From: Podarcis bocagei
Lineage: Eukaryota
NCBI GenBank assembly: GCA_964188305.1
Contig: OZ076892.1
Length of the DNA stretch: 64,000 nucleotides
Strand: one strand, 5' to 3'
Shown here piece by piece: positions 24,769-35,918 of this stretch. The notes below the pieces were generated by a model. It had not been told where the DNA came from and searched no databases. It saw only the letters and a program-made list of their open reading frames with translations. Position numbers and translations under genes: made by a program. Each line of letters starts with the position of its first letter. Within the stretch, counting starts at the first letter, position 1.

Positions 24769-25552
24769 TAAGTTTGCCCATTTGCAACAGGTTTAGGTGC
24801 CACCCATTGGACCATCAGTTGTATTCAGCAAAGCCCTAGATTAAGCCTGTGCCTTGTGTCTTGCCTTTTTTGTTCCACTCTCCTTACTCAAAGACAAGTT
24901 TCCTTATCCATCACCACCAGAAGCCCAGAAGCCTCTGGATGGGTGGGGGCACGAAATAGCCCAATGTAATTCTGTTGATAAAAGTCTGTGTTATGAAGAA
25001 AGATCTCACCAGAGGAGAGAATAGGGGGTGTTACAGCACATGTTTCATCTCGTTTCTGGCAGCTAGAGATAGCCCAGCTATACATTAGTGGAGAGCTACT
25101 AACATCACGGGCCAAGATATTGTAAAAGAAAATTAACTTTCCTATCTAGGCTGCTGTTATCTCCATTGATCTGCACTGAGCTCTGAACTGGCCTGGAAGA
25201 GAGAGAAAAGCCAGTAAGTGAAGATGATTTAAAAAAAAAAACAACTCATGCAGCTATTGGCTACAAGTTACTGGCTGCCATGTAGCTGAATAGGTCCAGT
25301 TTTGGCCACAAGTGGGTTGTTGTACAAGTTGTGCATTGTACAGGTACGTAAATGAGGCAGCAAGTCGTCAGGACCATGGATAGTTCCCTATGGTGGGGAT
25401 GCAAGATCAGTCTAGAGGAGATCAGTTTGTTGTATGGGAAACAGGGAGTGTTGCTGCTCTGAACCAGATCAATGTTTAAATTGTACTGTTGAAGGTTGTG
25501 ATGCCCCCGATCCCAAGAGGAAACCTGGTTGAAATTTAAAGGGGGACACACA

Positions 25553-25619
25553 CTTTGTAGGGCTTGAACCACCAACCTTTTGGTTAACAGCTAGACACAC
25601 TGACTCATTGTGCCGCACA
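25553..25619 (-). pseudogene. tRNA-Asn(GTT)-derived SINE head / tRNA pseudogene
   Basis: Reverse strand ...CTAGCTGTTAACCAAAAGGTTGGTGGTTCAAGCCC resembles vertebrate tRNA-Asn (CGGCTGTTAACCGAAAGGTTGGTGGTTCGAGCCC); stems decayed. Confidence 0.75.
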
Positions 25620-25826
25620 TTTATAACCCACCTTCCACCAAGGAGCTCAAGGCATCATGCCTACTTCCCCTCCTCCCCATTTTATCTTCACAACAACCCT
25701 ATGAGGCAGGTTAAGATGAGATTAAGTGATTGGATCAATGTCATCCAGTGAGGTTCATGGCTGAGGGGGGATTTGAACCCTGGTATTCCAGGTCCTAATC
25801 TGGCATTAACCGTTACACCACTAGAT
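25620..25826 (-). mobile_element. MIR/Ther1-like SINE
   Basis: CCCACCTT..CCAAGGAGCTCAAGG...ACAACAACCCTATGAGGCAGG...CAGTGAGGTTCATGGCTGAG...ATTTGAACCCTGG. Confidence 0.8.
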
Positions 25827-25974
25827 CTCACCTTTTCAATGAAAAAACCAGAAAGGGCACCTGTTACCCACCTGTGCCCTCTACCCATTTACAGCCACTG
25901 TGCCAGTCAAAGTTATGGGGTCATCCTGGTTGCCCATGTGCCCTCAAAAGAGAATGGCCACATAGTGGGGCAGA

Positions 25975-26415
25975 AAGAAAGAGAATAAGCCTGCTGGATA
26001 AGGCCTGTAGCCCATCTAGTCCAGCATTCTGGTTCTGGTCAACCAGATGCTCATTATGGGAAACCCACATGCAGGACCCAAGTTCAAAAGCAACTCTCCC
26101 CTCCTGTGGTTTCCAGCAACAGGTATTCAGAAGCATCACGGCCTCCAAGTGTGGTGACAGAGCATAACCATTATGGCTAATAGCCATCAACAGCCCCCTC
26201 TTCACAAATTTGTCTAATCCTCTTTTAGAGCTGTCCAAGTTGGTGGCCACCACTGCCTCCCATGGGAGGGAGTCCATAGCTTAACTATGTGCTGCGTGAA
26301 GAAGGGCTGCCTTTTTTATGTACTGATTCTTCTAACATTCAGCTTCATTGAATGTCCAGAGCTTCTGACATTGTGAGAAAGGGAGAAACACTTTCCCCAT
26401 GCCATGCATAATTTT
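25975..26415 (-). mobile_element. CR1 3' fragment (older lineage)
   Basis: ORF 25921-26277 begins SLPWEAVVATNLDSSKRGLDKFV; 3' UTR as at 9800. Confidence 0.85.
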
Positions 26416-27724
26416 TTCCCCTCCTTACCAAGTTCTGTGAAGTTGCTGCTGCTGCTGTTTTTATTCTTAGATCACTTTTGAGATGTTTTATAGGAAGTGC
26501 TTCATAAATGGGGTGTGGAATAATAATAAAACATACAGGGTCACACTCACTGACAGTGCTCTATAAATAAATTGGGAGGGTGGGTGGTGTTCTCTTTTTT
26601 TGTTCAGAAGTTTGCGGAGTCCCACAATTAGGAAAAGGACAGGATGGGTAAAGGAGGAACTAAGGATCTACAATGATGAACCCTTTTTAATTTTTCCCTA
26701 TGGAAACATCACTCAGTCCTGGAAGCTGCAAGTGTCTTTTCCTACTCAGAGTCGGGTTCCAACAAGAGTTCAGCACTCCCAGTGTTCTGGGCAGAGGGCC
26801 GAATGAGTCCTAGGCTGTGCCCAGGCTGTCTGCTGCGAGAGCCATTTTGCATGTCGTGAGAGAAAGCATTTCAACCTCTCATGCCAGTTTTTGTTGGGAA
26901 CTGAGAAATGTTGCCATCTGTGCAAGCCAGCCACTTAAGCAAAGCTGAGAGATGATCCAAATTTAGTGTCCCTGTAGGGGGCAGCGTGTCCAGCTGGGAA
27001 GAGCAAGGTCCTGCTCTGAAAAATTATAGCAGCATTGGTACTCCTTCATTTATCCCCATATTTATTTCTTACATCACATGCCTCCATTCAGCCTGGACAA
27101 TTTTCCAACTGGAGCTTACCACAGTCTTGCTAATATGCTTGGGTGTGGAGGGCGTGCTGAATTGAGATGGTGGCGGTGAAGGGGATGATTCTACGAACTT
27201 ACATCTGCCACCAATCATGAGTTGGCCTGGTAAAAGAATGGAAATGCTATGGTGCAATCCTGAGGCCCCTGGAAAGGCATCCCAGAGGCCTTAGGATACT
27301 GCAGACCTCCCCTTTGTGAGCAGAAAGGAAGTTCCATCCATGGAGAATGAGAGGTCTGCTGCAGAGGACTTCTTTTGAGTAAGTGGGAAACTCTGCCTCT
27401 GAAGCTGCCACACAAGTAGTGAAGAGGAAAGAGGGGCATTCTGGAATGTGGGATTTCAAGGGCACATCAATAAATGATTTGCATCTGCCATATGCAGGGG
27501 CGAGAGACTCTGTGTTGGCCATCAGGGGGTGGCTTTTTCCACCAGCCTTGCCCCACCATCCTGCCCCTGGAGCCTCCAGAAGGGACCATCTGCCAGAAGA
27601 ACAACAGTGAGGGATGAGAACCTCCAGAAGGGAGCTGTTTCAAGAGGAAAGGCAGTGCTTTGTGTTTCTCATCAACAAATGATCAGTTTCACCCATATTG
27701 CGCTACCCTCCAGCCCTAGGATTT

Positions 27725-27912
27725 GAATCACAGAATGGCAGAGTTGGAAGGTAACCTAAGGGTCATCTAGTTCAACACCCTACAATGCAGGAATTGCAGC
27801 TAAAGAATCATTGACAGATGGCTATCCAAACTCTGTTTAAAAACATCCGCTGAAGTCCACCATCTTGTGAAGTGCACTGATTCACTATCAAACAGTTCTT
27901 ACCGCAAGATGC
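27725..27912 (-). mobile_element. CR1 3' terminus
   Basis: GAATCACAGAATGGCAGAGTTGGAAGG...GGGTCATCTAGTTCAAC...CAATGCAGGAATTGCAGC. Confidence 0.85.
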
Positions 27913-28074
27913 TCCTTGGGCATGGGAATGGGAGATTTTGCCAGCCCTGAAGCTGATGTAATTATTTTCTCTCCCATTGAAATTAATGGGATGAAAACCC
28001 TTTTAAACACTGGGAGGGGGAGGGTATAGAAAGCCACACATATCCTAGCCAGCAAAAGCTCAACAGGGGTTAGG

Positions 28075-28258
28075 AAGTGGAGGGTGGTCAATGGTAGAGC
28101 ACCTCTTTTGCATACAGAAGGTCCCAGGTTCACCCCCATTGTACTTCATCTCCAAACAGGGTTGGGAGAAACCCCTGGCTAGCTACTGCCAGTCAGTGTA
28201 GATAACAATGAAGAGGGATCAGTGAGTCTTACACATTAGAAGGCAGCCCACTGTGTTT
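28075..28258 (+). mobile_element. Old tRNA(Ala-like)-headed SINE
   Basis: TCAATGGTAGAGCACCTCTTTTGCATACAGAAGGTCCCAGGTTCA...CTGCCAGTCAGTGTAGA...AAGGCAGC. Confidence 0.72.
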
Positions 28259-28692
28259 GTGAGGCATTATCCATCAGCTGCTTCAGGTGTCTTTTAAATA
28301 CCTGTGGTTTTTTTTGCCTGGACTTTCCTGTTGTTACTGTGTCTTTCTTGTTTATCTGCTTTTCCAATACTTTTAAAAATATATTTTTGTGCACCACTTA
28401 GGTATTGAAAAAATTAAGCCCTTCAGAAATGCTTTGACATGAATAAAAGGGTCACAGCCTTCCATCTTTCACTCTCCTGGACTAAGTAATGACCCCTACC
28501 TGAAGTGTCACACCTAATTGTGTCCCAGGTGCCTTCAAATTCCCCACTCCAGCTCCCCACACTCAGCTCACCACTCTGGTTCCAAACTGCCTGCCCTCCC
28601 AAAGAAGCTTATTAGAAATCCACCAACGTATAACTTTATAGACGTCCTGACACCAGGCCTTGATCAGACACAATCTTTACAAGGCTATTACA

Positions 28693-28694
<2 letters not shown>

Positions 28695-28732
<38 letters not shown>
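28695..28732. repeat. (CT)n microsatellite
   Basis: Direct reading. Confidence 0.95.
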
Positions 28733-28734
<2 letters not shown>

Positions 28735-28944
28735 CCTGGCTCACATGTGTACTGGCACAGTGCATTCACCCACAGCCAAGCTTATTCCTTTATGAAGATA
28801 GCAGTGATTACAAAACGAGTTCTGCACAGGAGAAAAGCATCAGCCATTTCCTCTGACCTATTTCATGCGGTTATTATTGCCATGCGAGTCCATCTCTCCA
28901 CAGCTAGCGGCCATGAAGTTTGGACACCCTGAGTGCAGAAATGA

Positions 28945-29122
28945 GGCATGCTGGGAGCTGCCTTATTCCAAGTCAGACCATCACTCAGTAATGTCTACAC
29001 TGTCTGGCAGCAGTTCTTCAGCATTTCAGACAGGGATCTCTTCTAGCCCTATCTGGAGATGCCAGGAATTGTTCCTGGGAACCTATGTATACCAAGCATG
29101 TGCTCTGCCACTGGGCTATGGT
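28945..29122 (-). mobile_element. Old tRNA(Ala-like)-headed SINE
   Basis: GGGAGCTGCCTTATTCCAAGTCAGACCA...TCTACACTGTCTGGCAGCAG...CTGGAGATGCCAGG...GCATGTGCTCTGCCACTGGGCTA. Confidence 0.75.
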
Positions 29123-29172
29123 CCAACACAGAAAACTGGCTTAGAACAAGCCAGATCCCTAGTCCACCTTGG

Positions 29173-29318
29173 GAATCATAGAATTGTAGAGTTGGAATGT
29201 ACCACAAGGGTAATCTAGTCCAACCCCCTTCAATGCGGGAATATTTTGACCAACATGGGGCTCAAACCTATGAGCCTGGGATTCAGAGTCTCATGCTCTA
29301 CCAACTGAGCTATCCCAG
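29173..29318 (-). mobile_element. tRNA-Lys-headed SINE with CR1 tail (Squam2 / P.s.1-like)
   Basis: Reverse strand GGATAGCTCAGTTGGTAGAGCATGAGACTCTGAATCCCAGG...GAGCCCCATGTTGG (tRNA-Lys-CTT-like), then GGGGGTTGGACTAGA...CCAACTCTACAATTCTATGATT; splits an older Ala-type SINE (~29140-29172 plus 29319-29425). Confidence 0.85.
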
Positions 29319-30056
29319 TGTTGTCGACAACATTGACTGGCAGCAGCTCTCCTGGGTTTCAGAAAGGAGTCTTCCCCAGTCCTACTCAGAGATACTGTGG
29401 AGTGTACCTGGAACCTCCTGCAGACTCTCTGTAAATGAGCTTATTAAACAAATAGGAAGCTGTCTTATACCAAGTCACACTACGGGTCCATCTAAGGATG
29501 GAATAGCATAGTGATCTCTGCGATGATACAGGCTTTCCTTCCCCAGTTCCTGCAAGTGCTGGGTGAGGCCAAAAGGGGGCTGCTCTTCAGAACATCTATA
29601 GGGCATCCAGTTGGAGAAAGCTGGCATTATAGGCTATCCCTGATGAGCCAAGTGCGAGGTTTTTTTCTTCCCCTTTTTCGAAAGCCCAGAAATCATGTGA
29701 ATGTCAGTTTAAACACGTTGGCCTTAAAGACATCTACTTGGAAACCTTGACAAGCTGATGGCAGGTATTTGCCAAGAATATCTGATGGGCTGTCACCAAG
29801 TGACCAAAGTCAAGGGAATATATTTAAAAAAAACATTTGACAAGCAGCAAAAAAAGAACGAGAAAAAGAAAAAGAAAGAAAGACTTGGTCTGCAGCAAAA
29901 AGGAGAAGGTCAGCTGATATAAAAAAGTTTTCTGATATGATTTGGTTGAGAAAAACAACAGCCTATGATTTAGATATCCAGAAGCACTGGCACACTCTCT
30001 CCTCATTTTTCTTTTCTTGCAAGTTGCTGGTAAAAAATATGCCATTTGTACGTATA

Positions 30057-30298
30057 GGAAGCCAGTGTGGTGTGTTGATTAGAGTGTCAGAGCAGGTCCT
30101 GGGAGACCAGAGTTCGAATCTGCACTCGGCCATGAAACTCACTGGGTGTGACCTTGGGTCTGTCACTGCCTCCCAGCCTAAACCTACCCTGCAGAGTTGT
30201 TGTTTTGGGGATTAATTGAGGAGGAGAGAACTGTGTATGCCACCTTAAGCTCCTTAGAGGGAAAGCTGGCATGCAAATGCAAGTAAGTAAATAAATAA
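30057..30298 (+). mobile_element. MIR/Ther1-like (Squam3A-type) SINE, full length
   Basis: GGAAGCCAGTGTGGTGTG...GGGAGACCAGAGTTCGAATC...GACCTTGGG...AAATAAATAA. Confidence 0.85.
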
Positions 30299-30312
30299 GG
30301 TTGCTGTTGAAA

Positions 30313-30586
30313 CACTGGCAGACAAAGGCAGGGGTGAGGGGGCGGGACACCCCAGGTGCCATCTGGGGGGGGGGTGACATTATGGCCGTTCCACCCCAGG
30401 GATGCTCGGTGCTCAGCACACTCCCCTGGGACACTCGGTGCTCGCCATGCCCCCTGGGCAGCATGCCATGCTACCTGGGCAGCATGCCACACTACCTGGG
30501 ACGCACACCACACCCCTGCGATGCGCACCAGCCATGCCCCCGGATGTACGCTGCTCCCAGTGTCAGAGTAAGTAGCTTTGCCACTG
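30313..30586. mobile_element. hAT-type MITE with internal ~21-bp minisatellite
   Basis: Ends CACTGGCAGA / TTTGCCACTG; flanks CTGTTGAAA / CTGTGAAA (8-bp TSD with a 1-nt indel); internal CCTGGGCAGCATGCCA repeats. Confidence 0.7.
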
Positions 30587-31584
30587 CTGTGAAATGAACA
30601 ACTAGGGTAAAATGGGTTCACTTATCTCTAGACTACCACACAGAATTGTTTTGAGGACACTACATGTATCTAGAGGTGGAAGAAAATTTTGCTCAGTACA
30701 CAATTTTTAAGCGAGTCAACCTCAATTGCAGTTCTCAGAGTCAGATGTGGATTTAAATGCCATTATGAATCAGTTTCCATACTTGAGCATGGTTTAACCT
30801 TGGAAAGGCAACATATAAATGATGATGGTGATGATGCCTGAGGTGGGGAAGCCTACTGGCGTAGTCTTTCCTAGGACTTGGAGAACTGCACCATCAGGGG
30901 TGGGGAAGCCTACATGTCTACATGCAAAGGTTTCCCCACCTCAATCTTCCACACTGCCAGGGCTAGGTGGAGCTTTTCACTGTCAGAGGTGTAACCAGAG
31001 ACACAATCCCATACCTTAGCCCCTTTTCTACTTGCCTTGCTCCTTCATCCAAATAATGCCTGTAGGAGGAGATCCCAAATGGTGGGAGAAATTCAGACGG
31101 GGATAATTTCAGAAGCTTCCTTACATGCAGCTCTTATTCGTTTCTGGGAGTGCAACAGCTCCCGCTTTATTAATGGTGATGCTGTTTTGTAATGCCTGAG
31201 CAGCTGCTTGATCCCTGAGCACAAGAGAGGCAATAGTTCCTGCTGTGATCCAAGCCCAGCGATCGTGATTAATGATGTCCTCAGCTTATGCAAATAAAGC
31301 ACTCACTTCCTTTCCAATTTCACCATAATGTCAGTTAAATTGAGTTTGAGATGGAGACAGCATTGGAGCACTGGCAAATAGCCAGTTCTAGGAGATCAGA
31401 ACAGCATGCTTCCGAGTCCACTGAATATTTGGAGTCCATGGATCACAGCCGTGGTGTCTTTGCCACATAACGCGGCACAATAATTTTACAGCATATCATT
31501 TGACGATACATTAGAGAAGGCTCAATTAAGCCTTAAATACCAGGGGAGAATTAGATCAGCCTTCCTCAGTCTGATCCCCTTGGG

Positions 31585-32035
31585 ATGAGTATTTATTTCC
31601 AATATCTACAGACCACTTTTCACCATAGATGGTCACAAAGCAGTTTACGGGGCAATTAAACAATTCATCAAGCAATATTATACAAAAGCCGCAGGTGAAA
31701 ACATAAGTTCTATCAAATAGCATGTTGTAACATCTTGAAAGTGCCTGTTGGAACAGAAAAATATTTGTCAAGAATCTGAAGTTCAACAGAGAGGAGTCTC
31801 AGCCAGCTGAGAGTTCCACAAAATTCAGCCTACAGTACTGAATGCACAGCTTCTGGTGGCTGCAAGCTATGCACCTGAGCCAAGGGGGACCACTAACAGT
31901 GACTGCCCCCGAGTGATATAAGGAATCAGGCAATCCTTAATGTATCCTGAACTCAAGTTCTCAAGGGACCTGCAAATTAATACAAGACCCTTGAACCTGT
32001 CCTCATAACATACGGGCAGCAGTGGACTACTTGAC
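31585..32035 (-). mobile_element. Old L2 LINE 3' fragment
   Basis: ORF 31867-32070 LLPVCYEDRFKGLVLICRSLENLSSGYIKDCLIPY matches the L2 motif LPV..R..FK.LVL..KAL..L...YL.D.L.PY. Confidence 0.72.
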
Positions 32036-32884
32036 CCTAGTCTAATGAGATCAAGCTGTCTGGAGGCCACCAGGGAAAATCTGAATTACCCAACTACTAG
32101 CAAGAAACCTAGTTGATGACACCATGAGATCGACTATTCTTTGAGGGGTCCTTCTTCATTTGAAGGACCTTGAAACATCTGAACATCTGAATTTTGATTT
32201 CTTCACTTGAAAAGCCAACACAACTGTAGCCACAAGCAGCTGCTCGCTTAAAAATGCAGCCAAGGTGATGTGTACAACTTCTCCATCCCCATCTGAAATC
32301 CGTTAACTAAATAACTGAATCTCTCTCCTGCCTTTGGAAAGCTTGCATGTGCATGTGTGTGTTTTCATTCCAGGACTTAAAAACAACCAGCATGCTTCCA
32401 AGCTGTCAGAATGACACAGGGATAAATAGAGGAGTGTAAATGAATAAGCAAAATGTTTATTTGTCAAAGTCTGGAGAAATTGGCAAACAGTGAGGTTGGT
32501 CCCATCATCTCATATGGAGGGATTCAGACACAACGGCTTAGCAAGGCAAGGCTGACACAACAAGTAAGAGGGATAGGGGAAGGGGTGGACTGAGTAGATA
32601 CAGTAATTCTGTGATCTTTGGGGCTTACTGGTACTCAATCAAAAGTCCTTTGGGTCCCATTCTGCCTCACACCCTTCCTGCCTCAAACTCAAAGCTGCTG
32701 CCAAAGCAACAACTATGGGTATCCTGTTCACATGTTAGGAGAAGCTCCCCTGAGCTTCACTTGGAGCTGGCCAAAGTTCTGCACACATTAAACCTGCTTG
32801 GGCCTGAAATCCTAACTAGATACCCGTTTGGACTCGCATCCCAAACCAGCAATACCCACCACCTAAAACATGGTAGCACGGCCT

Positions 32885-33008
32885 CTAGTGTTGTATCCAA
32901 CTATGTTCTATTCAGAATAGGCCCATTGGAATTAATGGACCCAAGTTAGTAATCTTCATTAATTTCAATGGGCCTTTTCAGAGTAGAGTTTAGCTGAATA
33001 CAGTCCCT
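32885..33008. mobile_element. Short palindromic MITE-like repeat
   Basis: GTATCCAACTA...GGCCCATTGGAATTAATG / CATTAATTTCAATGGGCC...TAGCTGAATAC inverted arms; related pieces at ~1055-1090 and ~44215-44260. Confidence 0.6.
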
Positions 33009-33392
33009 AGCATTTGGTGGTGGTCTTGATGGAGCATCAATGGCTATTTATGGAACCCCCATATTAAAAAACAGTTAACATCTGAGCACCAGATCCTGGA
33101 CACAACTATGTCCAATGCCTGACCAACTTGGTGGCACCATGGTTTGAAACATCAATGTGGATTGCATAGGCTTTTGATGACATCCAGCCAGGGAGGTTTC
33201 TTCCTGTGCAAATTGTACTAAACTACAAATTGTACTGAACTAAAGCGCCCACCTCCTATGGCAATGTTCCAATCCAAATGGGTGGTGGGGCATGCCTGTA
33301 ATTTGTATTAAGGGACATTTCCCATTGTAGCAAATGGGAGGTTTTCTTCCCATCCAAATTACAGGGTGTGTGGGTGGGTGTGGGTGGGAGGG

Positions 33393-33452
33393 AATAATAA
33401 AACTGTAGAGTTGGTAGGGACACCAAGGGCCATCTATTCTAACCCTCTGCAA
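33393..33452 (-). mobile_element. CR1-type 3' tail running into an assembly gap
   Basis: CTGTAGAGTTGGTAGGGACACCAAGGGCCATCTATTCTAACCCTCTGCAA followed by N. Confidence 0.75.
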
Positions 33453-33582
33453 NNNNNNNNNNNNNNNNNNNNNNNNNNNNNNNNNNNNNNNNNNNNNNNN
33501 NNNNNNNNNNNNNNNNNNNNNNNNNNNNNNNNNNNNNNNNNNNNNNNNNNNNNNNNNNNNNNNNNNNNNNNNNNNNNNNNNN
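33453..33582. other. Assembly gap (130 N)
   Basis: Run of N. Confidence 1.
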
Positions 33583-34494
33583 TTGGGTGGGTAAATGGGG
33601 ATGTGGTGGTAATTGTTATGTGGGCGCATGCATTCTGTGCTGGGGAGGTTCACCATTCATGGTTTCAAATCAGTAGAGCTGATGGCAATTGTCTCAGCTC
33701 ATATTTTCCACTTACATCTAGCATGTTTCAGCATAAGCATCCCACTGTTTGTCAGGTGGAAAGCTTCTCCCTATCAGAGAATCAACGGCAGCATAAATCA
33801 AAAAGACAAAATCAGTTCCCTGTATTAAGATGGCAACATTAGGCAAATGGGTCTGAGGCAGCATCCAAATCTCTAAGGAAACATTAACACCCGCATTGTT
33901 TTCCTTTGTCTTGTCTCTACCCACAGGGGAAAAGTTTATGCATGAGCACAAAGCTGTACTTCTCCCAGTGCCATTGCTTGAGGGGCTCTTTACCAGGAGC
34001 CCAGGAAACAAAAACAAGAGATTACTTTCATTTCCTTCACAAGGTAGATTTGTTTTAATGGAGGGGGGGGAATAATATAAACACTTTTCAAGAACATTTG
34101 TCTAAACTCTCTATAGGAAAGCATGAAGAAAATATCCAGAAGGCATGGAAATATAAGTTGGATGTTTATTGATCAGCTCTGTTTATGTATAAATGAGTTC
34201 ACATTACACTGGAGTTTCACAGATTTGGTTAGAAGATTTCTTGAAGATTGCATTCCACTCGAAGGCTTTATCTCCTTGGATGTTTTTTGTTTTTGTTTCA
34301 AATCCTAATCATCCTCCCCCTCCCAATCCTCTGAAGATTATCAGTCGGGAACTGAACTTATCAATATACAACTAAAGTGAAATGAATCTCTACCTAATAA
34401 AGAAAGCAGATTGGTCTTTTCAAGGGAGCAGAAGCGTCACTGAAAGGCAGGCCATTGATTGGTTGTCATTAGTGATGTGTCATTAGTGATGTAA

Positions 34495-34792
34495 GGGACA
34501 CGGGTTCGAATCGCCACGGCGGGGTGAGCTCCCATTGCTCGGTCCCTGCTCCTGCCAACCTAGCAGTTCGAAAGCACATCAAAGTGCAAGTAGATAAATA
34601 GGTACCACTCAGGCAGGAAGGTAAACAGTGTTTCCGTGTGCTGCTCTGGTTTGTCAGAAGCCACTTAGTCATGCTGGCCACATGACCTGGAAGCTGTACG
34701 CCGGCTCCCTCAGCCAATAAAGCGAGATGAGCGCCGCAACCCCAGAGTCGTCTGCGACTGGACCTAACAGTCAGGGGTCCCTTTACCTTTAC
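34495..34792 (+). mobile_element. Sauria SINE, short subtype, with a deletion in the tRNA head
   Basis: GGGACACGGG joined directly to TTCGAATC (A-box region missing); the rest matches the 18219 and 44270 copies; CCTTTACCTTTAC tail. Confidence 0.9.
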
Positions 34793-35312
34793 TCATGGGT
34801 TTGCAGTACCGGCCCCTCTTTTTTGCTGTTAAAAAATGTGGTACTTACTGCAATAACCTCATGGTGAGTACTGACACCTATTTTTCCGGGGGGGGGGGGA
34901 GCACTGGTCTCACCCCAGCAGATCTTAGCGCTTGGACAGGTAATGATATTTCAGTTAGCCTGGGCCCAAACATATAGGCTATCTGACCAGGCAGCCTGGT
35001 GTTTCAAGGGCTGCCCAGGATGATGGTCTCTTTCTGCAAGTCAGATACTGGACCTACAGAAGGAGAGCAGTGGCCAGTTATTCTCTGTTCTTTTCTTCTT
35101 CTACTGTAACTTAATTGAGGCAAGCCTGCCCTTGAGCTACCAACTTGCTGCTGTGCCGCTGCCACCAATTCAAACCCCCAGTGCTTCTATGTTTCTTTCA
35201 CTGTGCGCTGTCTCTGGAAACAGCCTTGCCTTTCCATGCCAGGGGCATTCAAAGTTTGAATTCAAGCCTGTGGTGCAGGAGCAGGCCAGGCAATGGCTGA
35301 GCCACTTGGCTT

Positions 35313-35316
<4 letters not shown>

Positions 35317-35345
<29 letters not shown>
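35317..35345. repeat. (GA)n microsatellite
   Basis: Direct reading. Confidence 0.95.
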
Positions 35346-35350
<5 letters not shown>

Positions 35351-35895
35351 GGCCAAGATGCCAGCACCTCCTTCTCCTCATAGTTCACCCAACCCAAAGG
35401 GGCGTTTGGCACTGCACCCTATTTCTTTTTAGTTTAATTTAGTGTGTGCATTTTTTCCGGGGGGGGGGGGCGAGGTTGACATGATGATTCTTTGATGGGG
35501 TAATTAATTGCAAGGAAATTGATTTTGGAGAAGTATCTGGATCATCTGCATGGGAAATTAATTTGTGTCATGGGGAAATTAATTGATTTGGGTGATCTGT
35601 GGCAGGGGGCAAATGTTTATTTGAGGTGGCTTGGAAGGGGAATAAATAAGATTGCCTTCTGTGAAATTTGAATTCTGCCCGCTTTTTCTGAATTCACATA
35701 TCTATATCCAAATTAGCATAAAGAAATCCTATGGAGGGGTGGGAGGGTGTTCTTTTTCTGTTTTCTTCCTTTCGTTAGAAGGTTGAGGTAATTTTAACCT
35801 GTTTTAGTATTTTGACTTGTGTAAGTTTTAAAGTACGATGGTGAATTTTTCTAAGTTTTATTGTTTGATCTTTTTGTAAACCACTTTGTTTGGGT

Positions 35896-35918
35896 ACACA
35901 CACACACACACACACACA
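35896..35918. repeat. (AC)n microsatellite
   Basis: Direct reading. Confidence 0.95.

Noticed and set aside
30390-30540. CRISPR-like repeat array
   Set aside because: Degenerate tandem units without unique spacers, in a eukaryotic MITE, with no cas genes.
33240-33842. Long ORFs containing X runs (also 41783-42058)
   Set aside because: Artefacts of reading through N gaps.
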